A stretch of DNA of 64,000 nt. Source: Leptospiraceae bacterium (lineage in GTDB: Bacteria; Spirochaetota; Leptospiria; Leptospirales; Leptospiraceae). Location of the stretch: NCBI GenBank assembly GCA_024233835.1, contig JACKPC010000001.1:1413442-1477441 (forward strand), written 5' to 3'. Positions 1 to 11,043 of this stretch are shown here, piece by piece; the first letter of the stretch is position 1, and every line of letters begins with the position of its first letter. The notes under the pieces are model-generated. The model was not told the origin of the DNA. It did not search any database and saw only the letters and a list, made by a program, of their open reading frames with translations. A program made the translations under genes and the position numbers.

Positions 1-1
1 A

Positions 2-238
2 TCCTGCGGACAGTGCACTCCCTGTCGGGAAGGAACGCACTGGATCAAAGACCTTCTTCACAAAATTCGGGATGGTCTGGGTAGTAAGAAAGACCTTGAG
101 CTCATCCTATCACTTACTGTGAATATGGAAGGAGGAACTACCATTTGTCCGCTGGCAGATGCCTGCGTGGGTGCAGTCAGGCCTACTATAGAAAAATTCA
201 GGCCGGAATTTGAGAAGAGGCTTCAGCCGACATCATAG
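2..238 (+). CDS. nuoF: NADH-quinone oxidoreductase subunit F, C-terminal fragment (gene starts upstream of window)
   Basis: Frame +2 translates to ...[19 protein letters not shown]...[19 protein letters not shown]..., the N3 4Fe-4S cysteine motif (CxxCxxC...C) characteristic of NuoF. Stop TAG at 236-238. Lies directly upstream of nuoH. Confidence 0.8.
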   Translation, partial: SCGQCTPCREGTHWIKDLLHKIRDGLGSKKDLELILSLTVNMEGGTTICPLADACVGAVRPTIEKFRPEFEKRLQPTS

Positions 239-262
239 AAAGGGATATTCGAAGGATTATTT

Positions 263-1333
263 ATGGATTTAAGCCTGCTTTTAGTCTGGATTGTAAAGAC
301 AGTCCTGTTTTTTGTAATTATCATCACGGGTTGTGCCTACTATACCCTCGCCGAAAGAAAGGTCGCCGGTTTTATTCAAAGAAGGCCGGGACCAAACCGG
401 GCGGGTCCATTCGGTATTTTTCAGCCCTTAGCGGATGGAGTGAAATTTCTTACTAAAGAAGAAGTTTTTCCCATTCATGTAAATAAAATTACCTACCTGA
501 TAGCTCCGGCGATTTCAGCTACCTGTGCGATTATGGCCTGGTCGATTGTTCCTCTCGGAGGAACGATTCCTTTACCGGAAGGTCTGGCGAAAATACTGGG
601 CTTTAACCAGCTCCAGCTTATGGTAGCCAATCCCAACACCGGGATTCTGGTTTTATTTGCGATTTCTTCTTTAGCTGTTTATGGAGTCATTCTTGCCGGC
701 TGGTCGAGCAATAACAAATACTCCCTTTTGGGTGGAATTCGTTCTACAGCCCAAATGATTAGCTACGAACTTCCTCTCGGCCTTTCCGTAGTAGCCGTAG
801 TACTATTAGCGGGTTCTTTAAGGCTTACCGAGATAAATGAAGCCCAGAAAGGTCTCTGGTTCATATTTACCTTGCCCGGTTTTATTGCCTTTTTAACCTT
901 TACAGTTGCCATGTTTGCCGAAACCAACCGTCTTCCCTTCGACCTTGCCGAAGCAGAATCGGAACTGGTTGTAGGATTCCATACGGAATACGGGGCTTTT
1001 AAATTTGCTCTCTTTTTCATAGCGGAATATATGAACATGATCACCATGAGCTGTGTGGTGAGTCTGCTCTTCTTCGGTGGTTATAATGTTCCTTTCGGAC
1101 TTTTTGCTAATAGTCCATTTGTTCATGTGGCAGGACTTCTCTTCTTCACCGTAAAAGTCCTCTTTTTTGCTTTTCTCTTTATGTGGGTACGCTGGACGCT
1201 TCCGAGGTTTCGTTATGATCAACTCATGCAACTGGGCTGGAAAAAACTGATTCCCTGGTGCCTTTTTAATATAGTATTAGCTGCCACTTATGTAGTTTAC
1301 TGGGGGGATTCCTGGAAAGGGATTTTTAACTAA
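263..1333 (+). CDS. nuoH: NADH-quinone oxidoreductase subunit H (ND1 homolog)
   Basis: 356-aa polytopic membrane protein. Conserved NuoH segments present ([54 protein letters not shown]). Position within nuo cluster. Confidence 0.93.
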   Translation: MDLSLLLVWIVKTVLFFVIIITGCAYYTLAERKVAGFIQRRPGPNRAGPFGIFQPLADGVKFLTKEEVFPIHVNKITYLIAPAISATCAIMAWSIVPLGGTIPLPEGLAKILGFNQLQLMVANPNTGILVLFAISSLAVYGVILAGWSSNNKYSLLGGIRSTAQMISYELPLGLSVVAVVLLAGSLRLTEINEAQKGLWFIFTLPGFIAFLTFTVAMFAETNRLPFDLAEAESELVVGFHTEYGAFKFALFFIAEYMNMITMSCVVSLLFFGGYNVPFGLFANSPFVHVAGLLFFTVKVLFFAFLFMWVRWTLPRFRYDQLMQLGWKKLIPWCLFNIVLAATYVVYWGDSWKGIFN

Positions 1334-1336
1334 GAA

Positions 1337-1942
1337 ATGATAGAAATTACACAACCACAGCAAGTCCTGTTTTTTCTTTTCGGAGGTCTGACCATAGCTT
1401 CGGCTCTTTTTGTGATTCTTCACAAAAACCCGGTGATTTCAGCGGTCTTCCTTGTATTGTCCTTCTTTTCACTTGCGGGCCTTTACGGGGTGATGAATGC
1501 CGTTTTCATTGCAACCATGCAGGTTGTAGTGTATGCGGGAGCCATTATGGTTCTGGTCATCTTTGTTTTGATGTTACTCAGTTTGCGGGAAGAAACCCTG
1601 AAAGACATCTGGGATAAACCGGTAAAAAAGACTATCATTATGGCCGTTGTCGCTTTTTATTCCTTCCTTTTGATTTCGGTGCTACTTTCAAGGGGAAGTC
1701 ATTCTTCGGAGGTCGTTCAGATTCCTAAGAGCAGCCATTTTATTTCGGATTCGATCCATTACGAATATAAAGTAAAAGCAGAAAAGGAAGTCAGCCTCAA
1801 AGGAAACACAGCTTCGGTAGGAGCTTCTACCTTTTTGGATTATTTACTTCCGTTTGAGCTTATTTCCATATTACTACTTGCCGCTGTTGTCGGAGCGGTA
1901 ATCATAGCAAAAAAAGAACCGACACAAAAAGAAAACAGTTAG
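1337..1942 (+). CDS. nuoJ: NADH-quinone oxidoreductase subunit J (ND6 homolog)
   Basis: 201-aa hydrophobic protein between nuoH and nuoK. 4-bp spacing suggests translational coupling. Typical NuoJ N-terminal TM helices. Confidence 0.8.
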   Translation: MIEITQPQQVLFFLFGGLTIASALFVILHKNPVISAVFLVLSFFSLAGLYGVMNAVFIATMQVVVYAGAIMVLVIFVLMLLSLREETLKDIWDKPVKKTIIMAVVAFYSFLLISVLLSRGSHSSEVVQIPKSSHFISDSIHYEYKVKAEKEVSLKGNTASVGASTFLDYLLPFELISILLLAAVVGAVIIAKKEPTQKENS

Positions 1943-1953
1943 GGGAGTTCAGA

Positions 1954-2274
1954 TTGCAGACACTTATTTCCGGTGTACCGGTGAATTTTTACCTTGCGAT
2001 TGCCGGTATTCTTTTCTCTATCGGGGTACTCGGTGTATTAATCAGGCGGAATGCCGTTGTAATTTTTATGGCGGTAGAACTCATGTTGAACTCCGTAAAC
2101 CTCGTTTTCATTACCTTTGCCAAGGCACTGTCCTCTATCAATGGTGAAGTAATCGTATTCTTTGTAATGGCGATTGCAGCAGCTGAAGCAGGAGTGGGTC
2201 TGGCCATTGTCATTGCCATATACCGGCAGAAAAAGACATCCAATGTGGATGAGATTAATCTCTTAAAGTGGTAA
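1954..2274 (+). CDS. nuoK: NADH-quinone oxidoreductase subunit K (ND4L homolog)
   Basis: 106-aa 3-TM protein with the NuoK motif ([25 protein letters not shown]). TTG start as given by the ORF track. Confidence 0.88.
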   Translation: MQTLISGVPVNFYLAIAGILFSIGVLGVLIRRNAVVIFMAVELMLNSVNLVFITFAKALSSINGEVIVFFVMAIAAAEAGVGLAIVIAIYRQKKTSNVDEINLLKW

Positions 2275-2278
2275 ACCT

Positions 2279-4222
2279 ATGTTAGATCTATTCGCTCTTG
2301 TTGTTCTTTTACCCCTGGCCGGATTTTTAATTAATGGTCTTCTTTATAAAAAGATGCCGGAAAAGCTGGCTGCTACCCTGGGCACTCTGGCTGTAGCGAT
2401 TCCTTTCTTTATTACCCTGGGAGCTTTTCTGGAGTATAAACCTCTTACGGCTACTGCACCACATTATTTCACTCTTTTCGAGTGGATGCAGGCCGGGAAT
2501 TTTCAGATTAATATTGGCTATCAGGTAGACCAGCTTTCTCTGTACATGACTTTGATTATCACAGGAATCGGTTCTCTGATTCACTTGTATAGTATTGGCT
2601 ATATGCACGGAGAAGAGGGCTTCAACCGTTTCTTTGTCTATCTGAACCTTTTTATTTTCTCCATGCTGAACCTGGTATTAGGAGATAACCTTGTCCTGAT
2701 GTTTTTAGGCTGGGAAGGTGTGGGACTCTGTTCTTACCTTCTAATTGGTTTCTACTATGACAAGGATTTCGCGGCCAATGCCGGAATGAAAGCGTTTATC
2801 ACGAACCGTATCGGGGATGTGGGTTTTGCTGTAGGAATTATCCTCACCTACTGGTATACCGGAAGCGTGAAGTACTCCGAAATCTTACAGGCTATGCCGG
2901 CAGCAGAAGGTTTTAAAGAAATTATTAACTTTGTAGCGATTGCCTTTTTTATCGGAGCCATGGGTAAATCGGCCCAGATTCCTCTTTATGTCTGGCTTCC
3001 CGATGCGATGGCAGGACCGACTCCCGTGTCTGCCCTTATCCACGCAGCGACTATGGTGACAGCCGGTGTATTCATGATAGCGAGGCTTAACCCGATTTTC
3101 TTAGCTGCTACATCCGCGAGCACCTTCATTGCTTTTGTAGGAGCCATTACTGCCTTTTTTGCAGCGACTATAGGGATTTTCCAGAATGACATCAAGAAAG
3201 TTCTGGCCTATTCCACCGTATCCCAGCTCGGCTACATGTTTATTGCCATGGGAGTCGGAGCCTATACGGCGGGAATGTTTCATTTGATGACCCATGCTTT
3301 TTTTAAAGCCCTCCTCTTCCTCGGTTCGGGTTCTGTGATTCACGCCATGCACCACGAGCAGGACATGAGAAATATGGGGAATGTGAAACAGTATATGAAA
3401 ATTACCTGGTTTACTTTTCTCATCGGAACCCTGGCCATTGCCGGTATTCCGCCTTTTAGTGGTTTCTTCTCCAAAGACCTGATTTTAGAAAAGGCTTTTA
3501 CCTATCATCATTACGGAAAAGTTATCTGGCTTCTGGGAATTTCCGGAGCCATTTGCACGGCTTTCTATATGTTTCGCCTCGTTTTTCTTACCTTTTATGG
3601 AAAAGAAAGAATCGACCATCACACAAAAGAGCATATGCACGAATCGCCGATTACCATTACCTTGCCTCTCATGATTCTTGCTTTCTTTGCAGCTGTGATG
3701 GGACTGGTTCAGATTCCTCACATCCTATTTGGCGGAAACCATCTCTTAGAAAGCTATTTTAAACCCATTTTTTCACAGGGAGAAAGTATTGTAGCTGCCT
3801 GGGGAATCAAACAGGAACCTCATCATCTCAGTGCGGGTCTGGAATGGGGACTTTTAATTGGTTCGGTTGCAATTGCTCTCATCGGTATCGCTTATGCCTA
3901 TAAGAAGTTTATTTCAGGTGCACAGGTACCTCCGAAAGACGAAGATATGCAGGGTCTACCTAAAACCATTTATGCCAAATACTATGTGGATGAGATTTAT
4001 GAGTCCGCTTTTATCCAACCTCTAATCCAGCTTTCTAACTGGTTATCCGCTTTCTTTGATAAGAAAGTGATAGATGGAATCGTAGAAGGAACCGGGAAGG
4101 TTTTTCTTGCTATCTCGGAAAGAGTTCGGAAATTACAAACGGGTATCGTTGGAGATTATGCTTTCTCGATTGTAATCGGAACTATACTTGTGATCGCTTA
4201 TTTACTCTTCAGTGGAGCTTAA
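2279..4222 (+). CDS. nuoL: NADH-quinone oxidoreductase subunit L (ND5 homolog)
   Basis: 647-aa antiporter-like subunit with conserved proton-pumping motifs (WLPDAMAGPTPVSALIHAATMVTAG). Confidence 0.93.
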   Translation: MLDLFALVVLLPLAGFLINGLLYKKMPEKLAATLGTLAVAIPFFITLGAFLEYKPLTATAPHYFTLFEWMQAGNFQINIGYQVDQLSLYMTLIITGIGSLIHLYSIGYMHGEEGFNRFFVYLNLFIFSMLNLVLGDNLVLMFLGWEGVGLCSYLLIGFYYDKDFAANAGMKAFITNRIGDVGFAVGIILTYWYTGSVKYSEILQAMPAAEGFKEIINFVAIAFFIGAMGKSAQIPLYVWLPDAMAGPTPVSALIHAATMVTAGVFMIARLNPIFLAATSASTFIAFVGAITAFFAATIGIFQNDIKKVLAYSTVSQLGYMFIAMGVGAYTAGMFHLMTHAFFKALLFLGSGSVIHAMHHEQDMRNMGNVKQYMKITWFTFLIGTLAIAGIPPFSGFFSKDLILEKAFTYHHYGKVIWLLGISGAICTAFYMFRLVFLTFYGKERIDHHTKEHMHESPITITLPLMILAFFAAVMGLVQIPHILFGGNHLLESYFKPIFSQGESIVAAWGIKQEPHHLSAGLEWGLLIGSVAIALIGIAYAYKKFISGAQVPPKDEDMQGLPKTIYAKYYVDEIYESAFIQPLIQLSNWLSAFFDKKVIDGIVEGTGKVFLAISERVRKLQTGIVGDYAFSIVIGTILVIAYLLFSGA

Positions 4223-4228
4223 TTCGAC

Positions 4229-5914
4229 ATGCCAGAATCTATATTAACCCTCATCACATTTTCTCCCCTCCTGGGAGTTTTCCTCATTGCCTTTTTAAAA
4301 AAAGAAACGGCTATCAAATGGGCAAGTGCACTTATCACCCTCTTGAGTTTTGTGATAAGTCTACCCCTAATGAAAGCTTTTGATAAAAGCCATTCCGGTT
4401 TACAGTTTATCCACAGAGTTCCCGATTGGATTGTCTCCGGGAACCTGAGAATTGACTACTATATGGGTCTTGATGGAGTGGCTCTACTACTCTTTGTCCT
4501 GACTTCCTTTTTGTTTTTTATTTCCAGTGTAGCTTCCTGGACCTATATTAAAAAACGTCAGAAAGAATTCTACATTTCTCTTCTTTTGCTTGAAGTAGGA
4601 GTTTTCGGAGTTTTCTCTGCCGGGAACCTCGTTCTTTTTTATGTATTCTGGGAACTCATGCTTATTCCTATGGCTCTTCTCATCGGTATCTGGGGAGGAG
4701 CGAACAGACTGTATGCAGCCATCAAGTTTTTCATCTATACCATGGCAGGTTCGGTTCTTATGCTGGCCGCTATTCTTATCCTGTATTTCAAAACGGGAAT
4801 TATAACGATAGAAGAACTTTCTACTTCTCCCTTATACGAGATTTCTCATGAACTTCAGCTCTTCCTTTTCTTTGCTTTTGCCCTGAGCTTTGCCATCAAA
4901 ATCCCGGTTTTCCCGGTACATACCTGGTTACCTGATGCACACACCGAGGCTCCGACTGCCGGTTCCGTAATTCTTGCGGGAGTGCTTTTGAAAATGGGAA
5001 CCTACGGTTTTATCCGCTTCTGTATACCTTTCTTTCCCGGCATTTCTCTGGAATATGCAGGATTTATCATGTCTCTCGCGGTTATCGGCATTATCTACGG
5101 TGCACTTGTAGCCATGGTTCAGAAAGATGGAAAGAAGCTGATTGCCTATAGTTCGGTTTCTCACCTTGGCTTCTGTCTTCTGGGCCTTATGAGTTTTACG
5201 GAAGAAGGCGTTATGGGTGGAATGATCCAGATGATAAACCACGGGGTTTCAACCGGTATGCTCTTCCTTATGATCGGGATGATTTACGAGAGAACTCATA
5301 CCCGAATGATAGCCGATTACGGTGGAATCGCGAAGGTAGTTCCAACTTTCGCCATATTTTTTATGATAGCCATGCTTTCTTCTGTAGGCCTTCCCGGTAT
5401 GAATGGTTTCGTGGGAGAATTCCTGGTTTTACTCGGAACTTTAAAAGCCAATGTGGTTCTCGGAATTCTTGCCGGAACGGGGGTTGTCTGGGCTGCGGCT
5501 TATCTTCTCTGGTTCACCAAGCGTTTTCTTTTTGGAGAAGTTACAAATGAGAACAATAAATCACTTTCTGATTTAAATGCAAGAGAAATTGGGGTTTTGA
5601 TTCCTATGGTAATTCTAATTTTCTGGTTTGGTTTATACCCCAAACCGTTTATGGATTATCTAAAGCCTTCTGTGAATGTTTACCTGAACTCGGCTTCGGT
5701 AAAGGCCATTACTGAAAGGAATGCTAAATCTTTCGAAGAAAAAACATACAAAGACTACATAAGTCTTGGTGTAAAACCCGGTTCTTTTGAAGAGCGTTTA
5801 AAAGGTTATACCGGGAAATATGCTCTTTTAATTGAAAAGAGTTCTAAGAAAGAACCGGGACATTCCGAGCCGGAAAAACCAAAAACTCCGGATGTACATA
5901 AGGATACTCATTAA
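4229..5914 (+). CDS. nuoM: NADH-quinone oxidoreductase subunit M (ND4 homolog), with a hydrophilic Lys/Glu-rich C-terminal extension of about 70 aa
   Basis: 561 aa. Motifs WLPDAHTEAPTAGSVILAGVLLK and HMGF-like segments typical of NuoM. Position in cluster. Confidence 0.92.
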   Translation: MPESILTLITFSPLLGVFLIAFLKKETAIKWASALITLLSFVISLPLMKAFDKSHSGLQFIHRVPDWIVSGNLRIDYYMGLDGVALLLFVLTSFLFFISSVASWTYIKKRQKEFYISLLLLEVGVFGVFSAGNLVLFYVFWELMLIPMALLIGIWGGANRLYAAIKFFIYTMAGSVLMLAAILILYFKTGIITIEELSTSPLYEISHELQLFLFFAFALSFAIKIPVFPVHTWLPDAHTEAPTAGSVILAGVLLKMGTYGFIRFCIPFFPGISLEYAGFIMSLAVIGIIYGALVAMVQKDGKKLIAYSSVSHLGFCLLGLMSFTEEGVMGGMIQMINHGVSTGMLFLMIGMIYERTHTRMIADYGGIAKVVPTFAIFFMIAMLSSVGLPGMNGFVGEFLVLLGTLKANVVLGILAGTGVVWAAAYLLWFTKRFLFGEVTNENNKSLSDLNAREIGVLIPMVILIFWFGLYPKPFMDYLKPSVNVYLNSASVKAITERNAKSFEEKTYKDYISLGVKPGSFEERLKGYTGKYALLIEKSSKKEPGHSEPEKPKTPDVHKDTH

Positions 5915-5928
5915 GAGGATTAGTAATT

Positions 5929-7362
5929 ATGAATATTATACCTGCAAAAGCTGATATACTTTCAATCTTACCCGCTCTGATTCTGAGCGGAGGCGGTCTG
6001 ATTCTTCTTGTCTTGCAATTTTTTTCTAAGTCTGAAGAAAGGAGATTACCGAGATATTTCACCGGTCTGATTCTTACTATAGCCCTCTGGAAAACACTGG
6101 ATAGTGGTTTTGGTTATCCGGGCTTCGGTCGTTATTTTCGTGACCAAATTACCTTTACTACAGTTTCGAGCTGGCTAAATCTTCTTTATGTAATTACAGC
6201 CCTTCTGACAGTTATTGCTTCTCCGAGAATATTAAAGCAGCATAATGTAAACTTTCCCGAATTTTATCCGCTTCTTCTTTTTGCTACAACCGGGATGTTC
6301 TTTATGACCTCAGCTTCAGATTTAATCCTGATGTTTGTAGGCTTGGAAACCCTTTCTATTGCGTTGTATGTAATGATTGGAATGGCAAGAAACGAAATGT
6401 CCTGTCTGGAAGCGAGCCTGAAGTATTTTCTTTTAGGAGCCTTTACTTCCGGGTTTATGCTCATGGGAATCGCCTTCTTATACGGAGGAAGCGGTTCTAC
6501 TTTGATGATAACCGCTTTTCAACCCATCATAGATGGAACCGCAACTACCTATTCCAAAATCGGTCTCGGACTTCTATTGGTGGGAGTGGCTTTTAAAATC
6601 GCCCTGGTTCCTTTTCACTCCTGGACCCCGGATGTATACGAAGGAGCCCTGACTACCATGACAGGATTTATGGCTTCGGCTCCGAAAGCAGCAGCTATGG
6701 GGCTTATGCTAATTATCTTCCAGTATCTCTTCCCGGTAATTCAGAATACTTCCTGGAATATTCTTATAGGGGGCCTTGCTTTTCTCTCTATGACTTTCGG
6801 AAATATTCTTGCTCTAAAGCAGGATAATCTCAAGCGGGTTCTGGCTTACTCTTCCATTTCTCACGCCGGTTATGTGGTAGCGGGGATCGCCTGTGGAGCG
6901 AACTTGGAAGTAGTTTACTATCTGGTTATATACGCATTTACGAATATAGCGGCCTTCTCGATTATCGCTTATCTCGAAAACGGAAAGAATATCATTACCT
7001 ATTCAAGTCTGCGTTACCTGGTAAAAACCAAACCCTGGTCGGCTATAGGGCTTGTTGCTCTTTTCTTTTCTTTAGGTGGCATTCCTCCTTTAGGTGGATT
7101 CTGGACAAAGTTGTTCCTATTTCAAAAAATTGCCGAGTCGGATAGTCCTTTAAATCGCTTCTTACTTATCACGGGGGTTATTAACTCTGCCATCGCGATT
7201 TTCTATTACTTGAGACTTACTGTGAACGCTTTCATGACAGAAGAAACCGGAGAAGTTGTTGAAGAAAGTATTCCTGCAAGCTGGGGCCTCTCTTTTACTT
7301 CTATCCTGGGGATTCTTATTGTTTCCTTAAGCTGGATTATTTTTCAACCATCCAGCCTATAA
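5929..7362 (+). CDS. nuoN: NADH-quinone oxidoreductase subunit N (ND2 homolog)
   Basis: 477-aa antiporter-like membrane protein (FHSWTPDVYEGALTT motif). Last gene of the nuo cluster. Terminator hairpin follows. Confidence 0.9.
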   Translation: MNIIPAKADILSILPALILSGGGLILLVLQFFSKSEERRLPRYFTGLILTIALWKTLDSGFGYPGFGRYFRDQITFTTVSSWLNLLYVITALLTVIASPRILKQHNVNFPEFYPLLLFATTGMFFMTSASDLILMFVGLETLSIALYVMIGMARNEMSCLEASLKYFLLGAFTSGFMLMGIAFLYGGSGSTLMITAFQPIIDGTATTYSKIGLGLLLVGVAFKIALVPFHSWTPDVYEGALTTMTGFMASAPKAAAMGLMLIIFQYLFPVIQNTSWNILIGGLAFLSMTFGNILALKQDNLKRVLAYSSISHAGYVVAGIACGANLEVVYYLVIYAFTNIAAFSIIAYLENGKNIITYSSLRYLVKTKPWSAIGLVALFFSLGGIPPLGGFWTKLFLFQKIAESDSPLNRFLLITGVINSAIAIFYYLRLTVNAFMTEETGEVVEESIPASWGLSFTSILGILIVSLSWIIFQPSSL

Positions 7363-7390
7363 GATAATATCTGAAAATGGTATAAATGCA

Positions 7391-7423
7391 GGCGAGAAAG
7401 CATTTTCTCGCCTACTTGTTTTT
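7391..7423 (+). terminator. Rho-independent terminator after nuoN
   Basis: Perfect 9-bp stem GGCGAGAAA / TTTCTCGCC with 4-nt loop, followed by a T-rich tract (TACTTGTTTTT). Confidence 0.6.
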
Positions 7424-7439
7424 AAAAATCTCTCCTTAA

Positions 7440-9197
7440 ATGAAAAAAAAATTATCCCTCTTTATACTTCTTATAGGAATCATCTATCTTTCTTATATAC
7501 TCCTTAATGCTGATTTTCCAAAAGAGAAGGAAACCATCTATTACAACGGAAACGTAATTACTCTCGAAGATTCTAATCCGAAAGCCGAGGCTGTTTTAAT
7601 TCAAGATGGACTTATCCGCTCTGTAGGGACAAATGAAGATATTCTTAAACTCCAAACAAAAAATACAAAGCTTGTGAATATGAAGGGAAAATTTCTTCTA
7701 CCCGGTTTTATAGATCCTCATACGCATCCCGATATTTCGGCCTTTCTGCACGGAATGGTGGATTTATCCGGCTTTAAGCACAAAACCCATGCAGAAGTTT
7801 GGGCTCATTTTGAAAAAAGTGTAAAACAATATAAGAAGGGAGAATGGATTTTATGCAAGGGTCTGGACTCAATTTTAATTCCGGATTTAAAAACACCCCA
7901 CATTTCTTATCTGGATAAAATAGCTCCTGAAAATCCGGTCGTCATTCTATCCCAGAGTTTACATTCTTACTGGGCAAATACAAAAGCCTTTCAGGATGCA
8001 GGAATAACAAAAGATACTCCGGCACCCTCCCAATCAAGCTTCTATGAAAAAGATGAGAGAGGAAATTTGACCGGATTGATCGTAGAGCAGGAAGCTTTCG
8101 GTCCTATACGGGAAGCCATGTTAAAAGCTACTCCGAAAAGTAGGCTTATGAAAAATGTAGAAACCGTGATGGACACCTATGCCAGAAGGGGTTTTACTAC
8201 TATAGTCACAGCGGGCCTTACTTCTAAAGATAAGATTATCCTAAAATTATATGAGCACCTTTCCGCAAAAAAACCTAGTTTTTCTTCTTCGCTTCTTTCT
8301 CTATTTGGAATTTTTCCGAAGCGAAAGCCCATGCCGAGACATTTCGTCTACTTACGTAAAGATGCAACAAAACTTCTTCCCCTTCCTTCTGAAAAAGGAG
8401 ATGATTTTTTCCGGGTAGCCGGCCTAAAACTCTGGTATGATGGCTCTCCCTATACCGGTTCTATGTATCTCGAAGAACCCTATTTTCGTTCTCAGCTAAC
8501 AGAGAAGGAACTGCATATTTCTTCAGGTCATAGAGGAAAGGCCCTTCTCGAAAAAGAAGAACTCGAAGATTTAATAAAGCAGTATAGCGAGGATAAGTGG
8601 CAGATTCTGATTCATGTTCAGGGAGACAGGGCTATACGGGAAAGTTTAGAAGCTTTTGAAAAGGTACAAAAGACTGTAGATATTCGTCCTTTGCGGCATC
8701 GACTTGAACATTGCCTGCTTCTGGATAAAACCTGGCTTGAAAGAATGAAACAAGTAAACCTTTCTCCGAGTCTTCACATTAACCACATTTACTACTATGG
8801 CCTTGCTCTACAGGATTCCATTTTAGGAAAAGAGAGGACTGCAAAAATATTGCCTTTGCGTTCTATTACGGATACGAGCCTGGCCTTTTCATTACATGCC
8901 GATCAACCTATGTTTGAAAGTGAGCCTTTTTCCTTGATGGCAACAGCCATTCAACGACAAACAAGAGAAGGCTTTGTTATAAATCCTGATGAAACCATTG
9001 ATAGACTTACAGCCTTGAAGTCTCTGACAACAATGGCTGCCTGGCAAATCGGCATGGAAGATAAACTCGGCTCTATTCGAGAAGGCAAATATGCAGATTT
9101 AATTCTTTTGGATGATAATCCTCTCAGCATCCCCATTGAAAAGCTAAGGAATATCCGGGTTTTAAAGACTCTTATTCACGGAAACCCGGTTCAATAA
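7440..9197 (+). CDS. Amidohydrolase-3 family metal-dependent hydrolase with N-terminal signal/anchor
   Basis: 585 aa. N-terminal hydrophobic segment. DPHTHPD (HxH metal ligands) near the N-terminus, HVQGDRAIRE and C-terminal HADQP segments typical of the Amidohydro_3 TIM-barrel family. Confidence 0.65.
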   Translation: MKKKLSLFILLIGIIYLSYILLNADFPKEKETIYYNGNVITLEDSNPKAEAVLIQDGLIRSVGTNEDILKLQTKNTKLVNMKGKFLLPGFIDPHTHPDISAFLHGMVDLSGFKHKTHAEVWAHFEKSVKQYKKGEWILCKGLDSILIPDLKTPHISYLDKIAPENPVVILSQSLHSYWANTKAFQDAGITKDTPAPSQSSFYEKDERGNLTGLIVEQEAFGPIREAMLKATPKSRLMKNVETVMDTYARRGFTTIVTAGLTSKDKIILKLYEHLSAKKPSFSSSLLSLFGIFPKRKPMPRHFVYLRKDATKLLPLPSEKGDDFFRVAGLKLWYDGSPYTGSMYLEEPYFRSQLTEKELHISSGHRGKALLEKEELEDLIKQYSEDKWQILIHVQGDRAIRESLEAFEKVQKTVDIRPLRHRLEHCLLLDKTWLERMKQVNLSPSLHINHIYYYGLALQDSILGKERTAKILPLRSITDTSLAFSLHADQPMFESEPFSLMATAIQRQTREGFVINPDETIDRLTALKSLTTMAAWQIGMEDKLGSIREGKYADLILLDDNPLSIPIEKLRNIRVLKTLIHGNPVQ

Positions 9198-9372
9198 GCA
9201 ATTTCTAATCTATTGTTAAGAAAGAATCGGACGAAATAAACAAAAATAGAAAACTATCTTTTTTAGCGGATACGTGTAGGGCTGTATTCTTTACTTGATA
9301 TTAACTTGAATGTAATTTAATTGTAACAAAAATTTTGCCTGATAAAGATAGTTTATTAGGAGAATCTTTTTT

Positions 9373-10212
9373 ATGAAAATTCCGTTTTCGAAGATGACAA
9401 CGAGGGCAATCGCGTATACAGCCCTTTTATTATCTGCTTTATATTTTACCTCACCGGTTTTAATTTCTCAGAGTTTACCGGATACAAAGGATAAGGTTAC
9501 CAATCCCGCTGAAAAAACACCGGCAAAGACCCCTGAAAAAACTGAAGAAAAAAAAGAAGTAAGCCAGGCTGAAAGTAAATCACCCGGTCTTGTAGACCTG
9601 TTTTTTAAAGGTGGCTGGTCCATGTATCCTCTGGCCCTTGCCTCTATTATCGGGCTCGGAGTTGCTTTTGAAAGGCTATATTTCTTTTTTGCTACCCGCC
9701 TTATTTCGAAAGGTTACAACCAGGGGCTTGTAGATGCTATCGAAGAGAAAGGTCTGGAAGGTGCTAAAGAATTTATTGAGACACATAAGAAAGATAAAAT
9801 TTCGGAAGTTCTGGTAAATGGAATGGATGTATCCAGGGAAGATCCGGATCTGTTCGCCAAAGGTATAGAAAGAGAAGCCGGAGAAGTTTTAGTAACCCTT
9901 GAAAGAGGACTTGTAGTTCTTGCTTCTGTTTCCACGATTGCTCCTCTTATCGGGTTTTTGGGAACTGTTTCCGGGATGATTAATGCTTTTGATGCAATTG
10001 CCAATGCCGATCAGGTGAATGCAAAGGTGGTTGCCGGAGGGATTAAAGAAGCTCTGATTACTACTGCCACCGGTCTTATTGTAGCCATACCTGCTATGGC
10101 CTTTTATCAATATCTTACAGGTAAGGTAAATGCATTTGCTGCCGAGGTAGAAGAAGCTGCCAACCGTATATATAAAGAATACCTGAAAAAGCAGGCTACG
10201 AAGGTTAGTTAA
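9373..10212 (+). CDS. exbB: MotA/TolQ/ExbB proton-channel family protein (ExbB-like) with a Pro/Lys/Glu-rich N-terminal periplasmic extension
   Basis: Signature [16 protein letters not shown] and three TM helices. Followed by two exbD genes and tonB. Confidence 0.8.
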   Translation: MKIPFSKMTTRAIAYTALLLSALYFTSPVLISQSLPDTKDKVTNPAEKTPAKTPEKTEEKKEVSQAESKSPGLVDLFFKGGWSMYPLALASIIGLGVAFERLYFFFATRLISKGYNQGLVDAIEEKGLEGAKEFIETHKKDKISEVLVNGMDVSREDPDLFAKGIEREAGEVLVTLERGLVVLASVSTIAPLIGFLGTVSGMINAFDAIANADQVNAKVVAGGIKEALITTATGLIVAIPAMAFYQYLTGKVNAFAAEVEEAANRIYKEYLKKQATKVS

Positions 10213-10214
10213 AT

Positions 10215-10634
10215 ATGATTTCTCTCAGGAAGAAAACAGAAATGGAAGAAATATCGGCAGCATCCATGTCCGATATCGCCTTCTTACTTCTCGTGTTTTT
10301 CATGGTAACGGCTGTTTTTTTTGTGAAAGAAGGTTTGGATATAGACCTTCCGAGAAAGAAAGCCAATGCTCAGAAAATAATGAAAGAAGATTTGTATGAC
10401 TTCATTGTTACAAATAAAGAGATAAGCCTTGAAAATAAACTTCTGGGTAAGAAAAGAACCTATGGAACTTTTGCTGAATTTAAAACAGAGTTATCTAAAA
10501 TAGAAGTTCCTAATTTATCGGAAAAGGTAGCCCTGATTCGAACAGAAGGAAAAACTCCTTACGGTAATATGCTTGAGGTTCTTTCAGCAATTCAAGAAAA
10601 GGGGTTTAAGAAGATCTCGGTAAAGAGGAAATAA
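10215..10634 (+). CDS. exbD: Biopolymer transport protein ExbD/TolR (copy 1)
   Basis: 139 aa. N-terminal motif [18 protein letters not shown] typical of ExbD/TolR. 3-bp gap after exbB. Confidence 0.8.
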   Translation: MISLRKKTEMEEISAASMSDIAFLLLVFFMVTAVFFVKEGLDIDLPRKKANAQKIMKEDLYDFIVTNKEISLENKLLGKKRTYGTFAEFKTELSKIEVPNLSEKVALIRTEGKTPYGNMLEVLSAIQEKGFKKISVKRK

Positions 10635-10635
10635 T

Positions 10636-11043
10636 ATGTTTCGAAGACGAAAAAAGAACGCACCTAACATTCCCGTTAGTTCTATGGCAGACATTGCATT
10701 TCTTCTGCTTGTTTTCTTCATGGTGACTTCGGTATTGGAAACCGATCCGGAGGTTCAAATTGCTGTTCCCGAAGTGAAGGGAGGGAAGCAATTAAAGAAG
10801 AAAATTTCGAATATCTATCTGAGTAAAGATGGTGCTATCTTCTATAATACTATGCGGGTTTCTATGCCGGAAGCCGTGAATTATGTAAGAGCCAAGTTAG
10901 CAACGACTCCTGACCTGCGGGTTTTAATTCATGCAGACAAAGAAATCGAATATGAAAAAGTGGATAAGGCCTTTTTATTACTCCGGGAGGCCGGGGCTTT
11001 AAAAGTCTCTCTGGTTACACAGACTGCACCGGGAGGTGAGTAA
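10636..11043 (+). CDS. exbD: Biopolymer transport protein ExbD/TolR (copy 2)
   Basis: 135 aa. [18 protein letters not shown] motif, paralogous to the preceding gene. 2-bp gap. Confidence 0.8.
   Translation: MFRRRKKNAPNIPVSSMADIAFLLLVFFMVTSVLETDPEVQIAVPEVKGGKQLKKKISNIYLSKDGAIFYNTMRVSMPEAVNYVRAKLATTPDLRVLIHADKEIEYEKVDKAFLLLREAGALKVSLVTQTAPGGE

Noticed and set aside
7443-7451. A9 run at the start of the amidohydrolase-3 gene (MKKK), A8 at 16329-16336, and T10 at 63659-63668 inside the HDAC gene
   Set aside because: Homopolymers of 8-10 A/T are expected by chance in an AT-rich genome and encode Lys/Phe runs. No specific evidence for phase variation.
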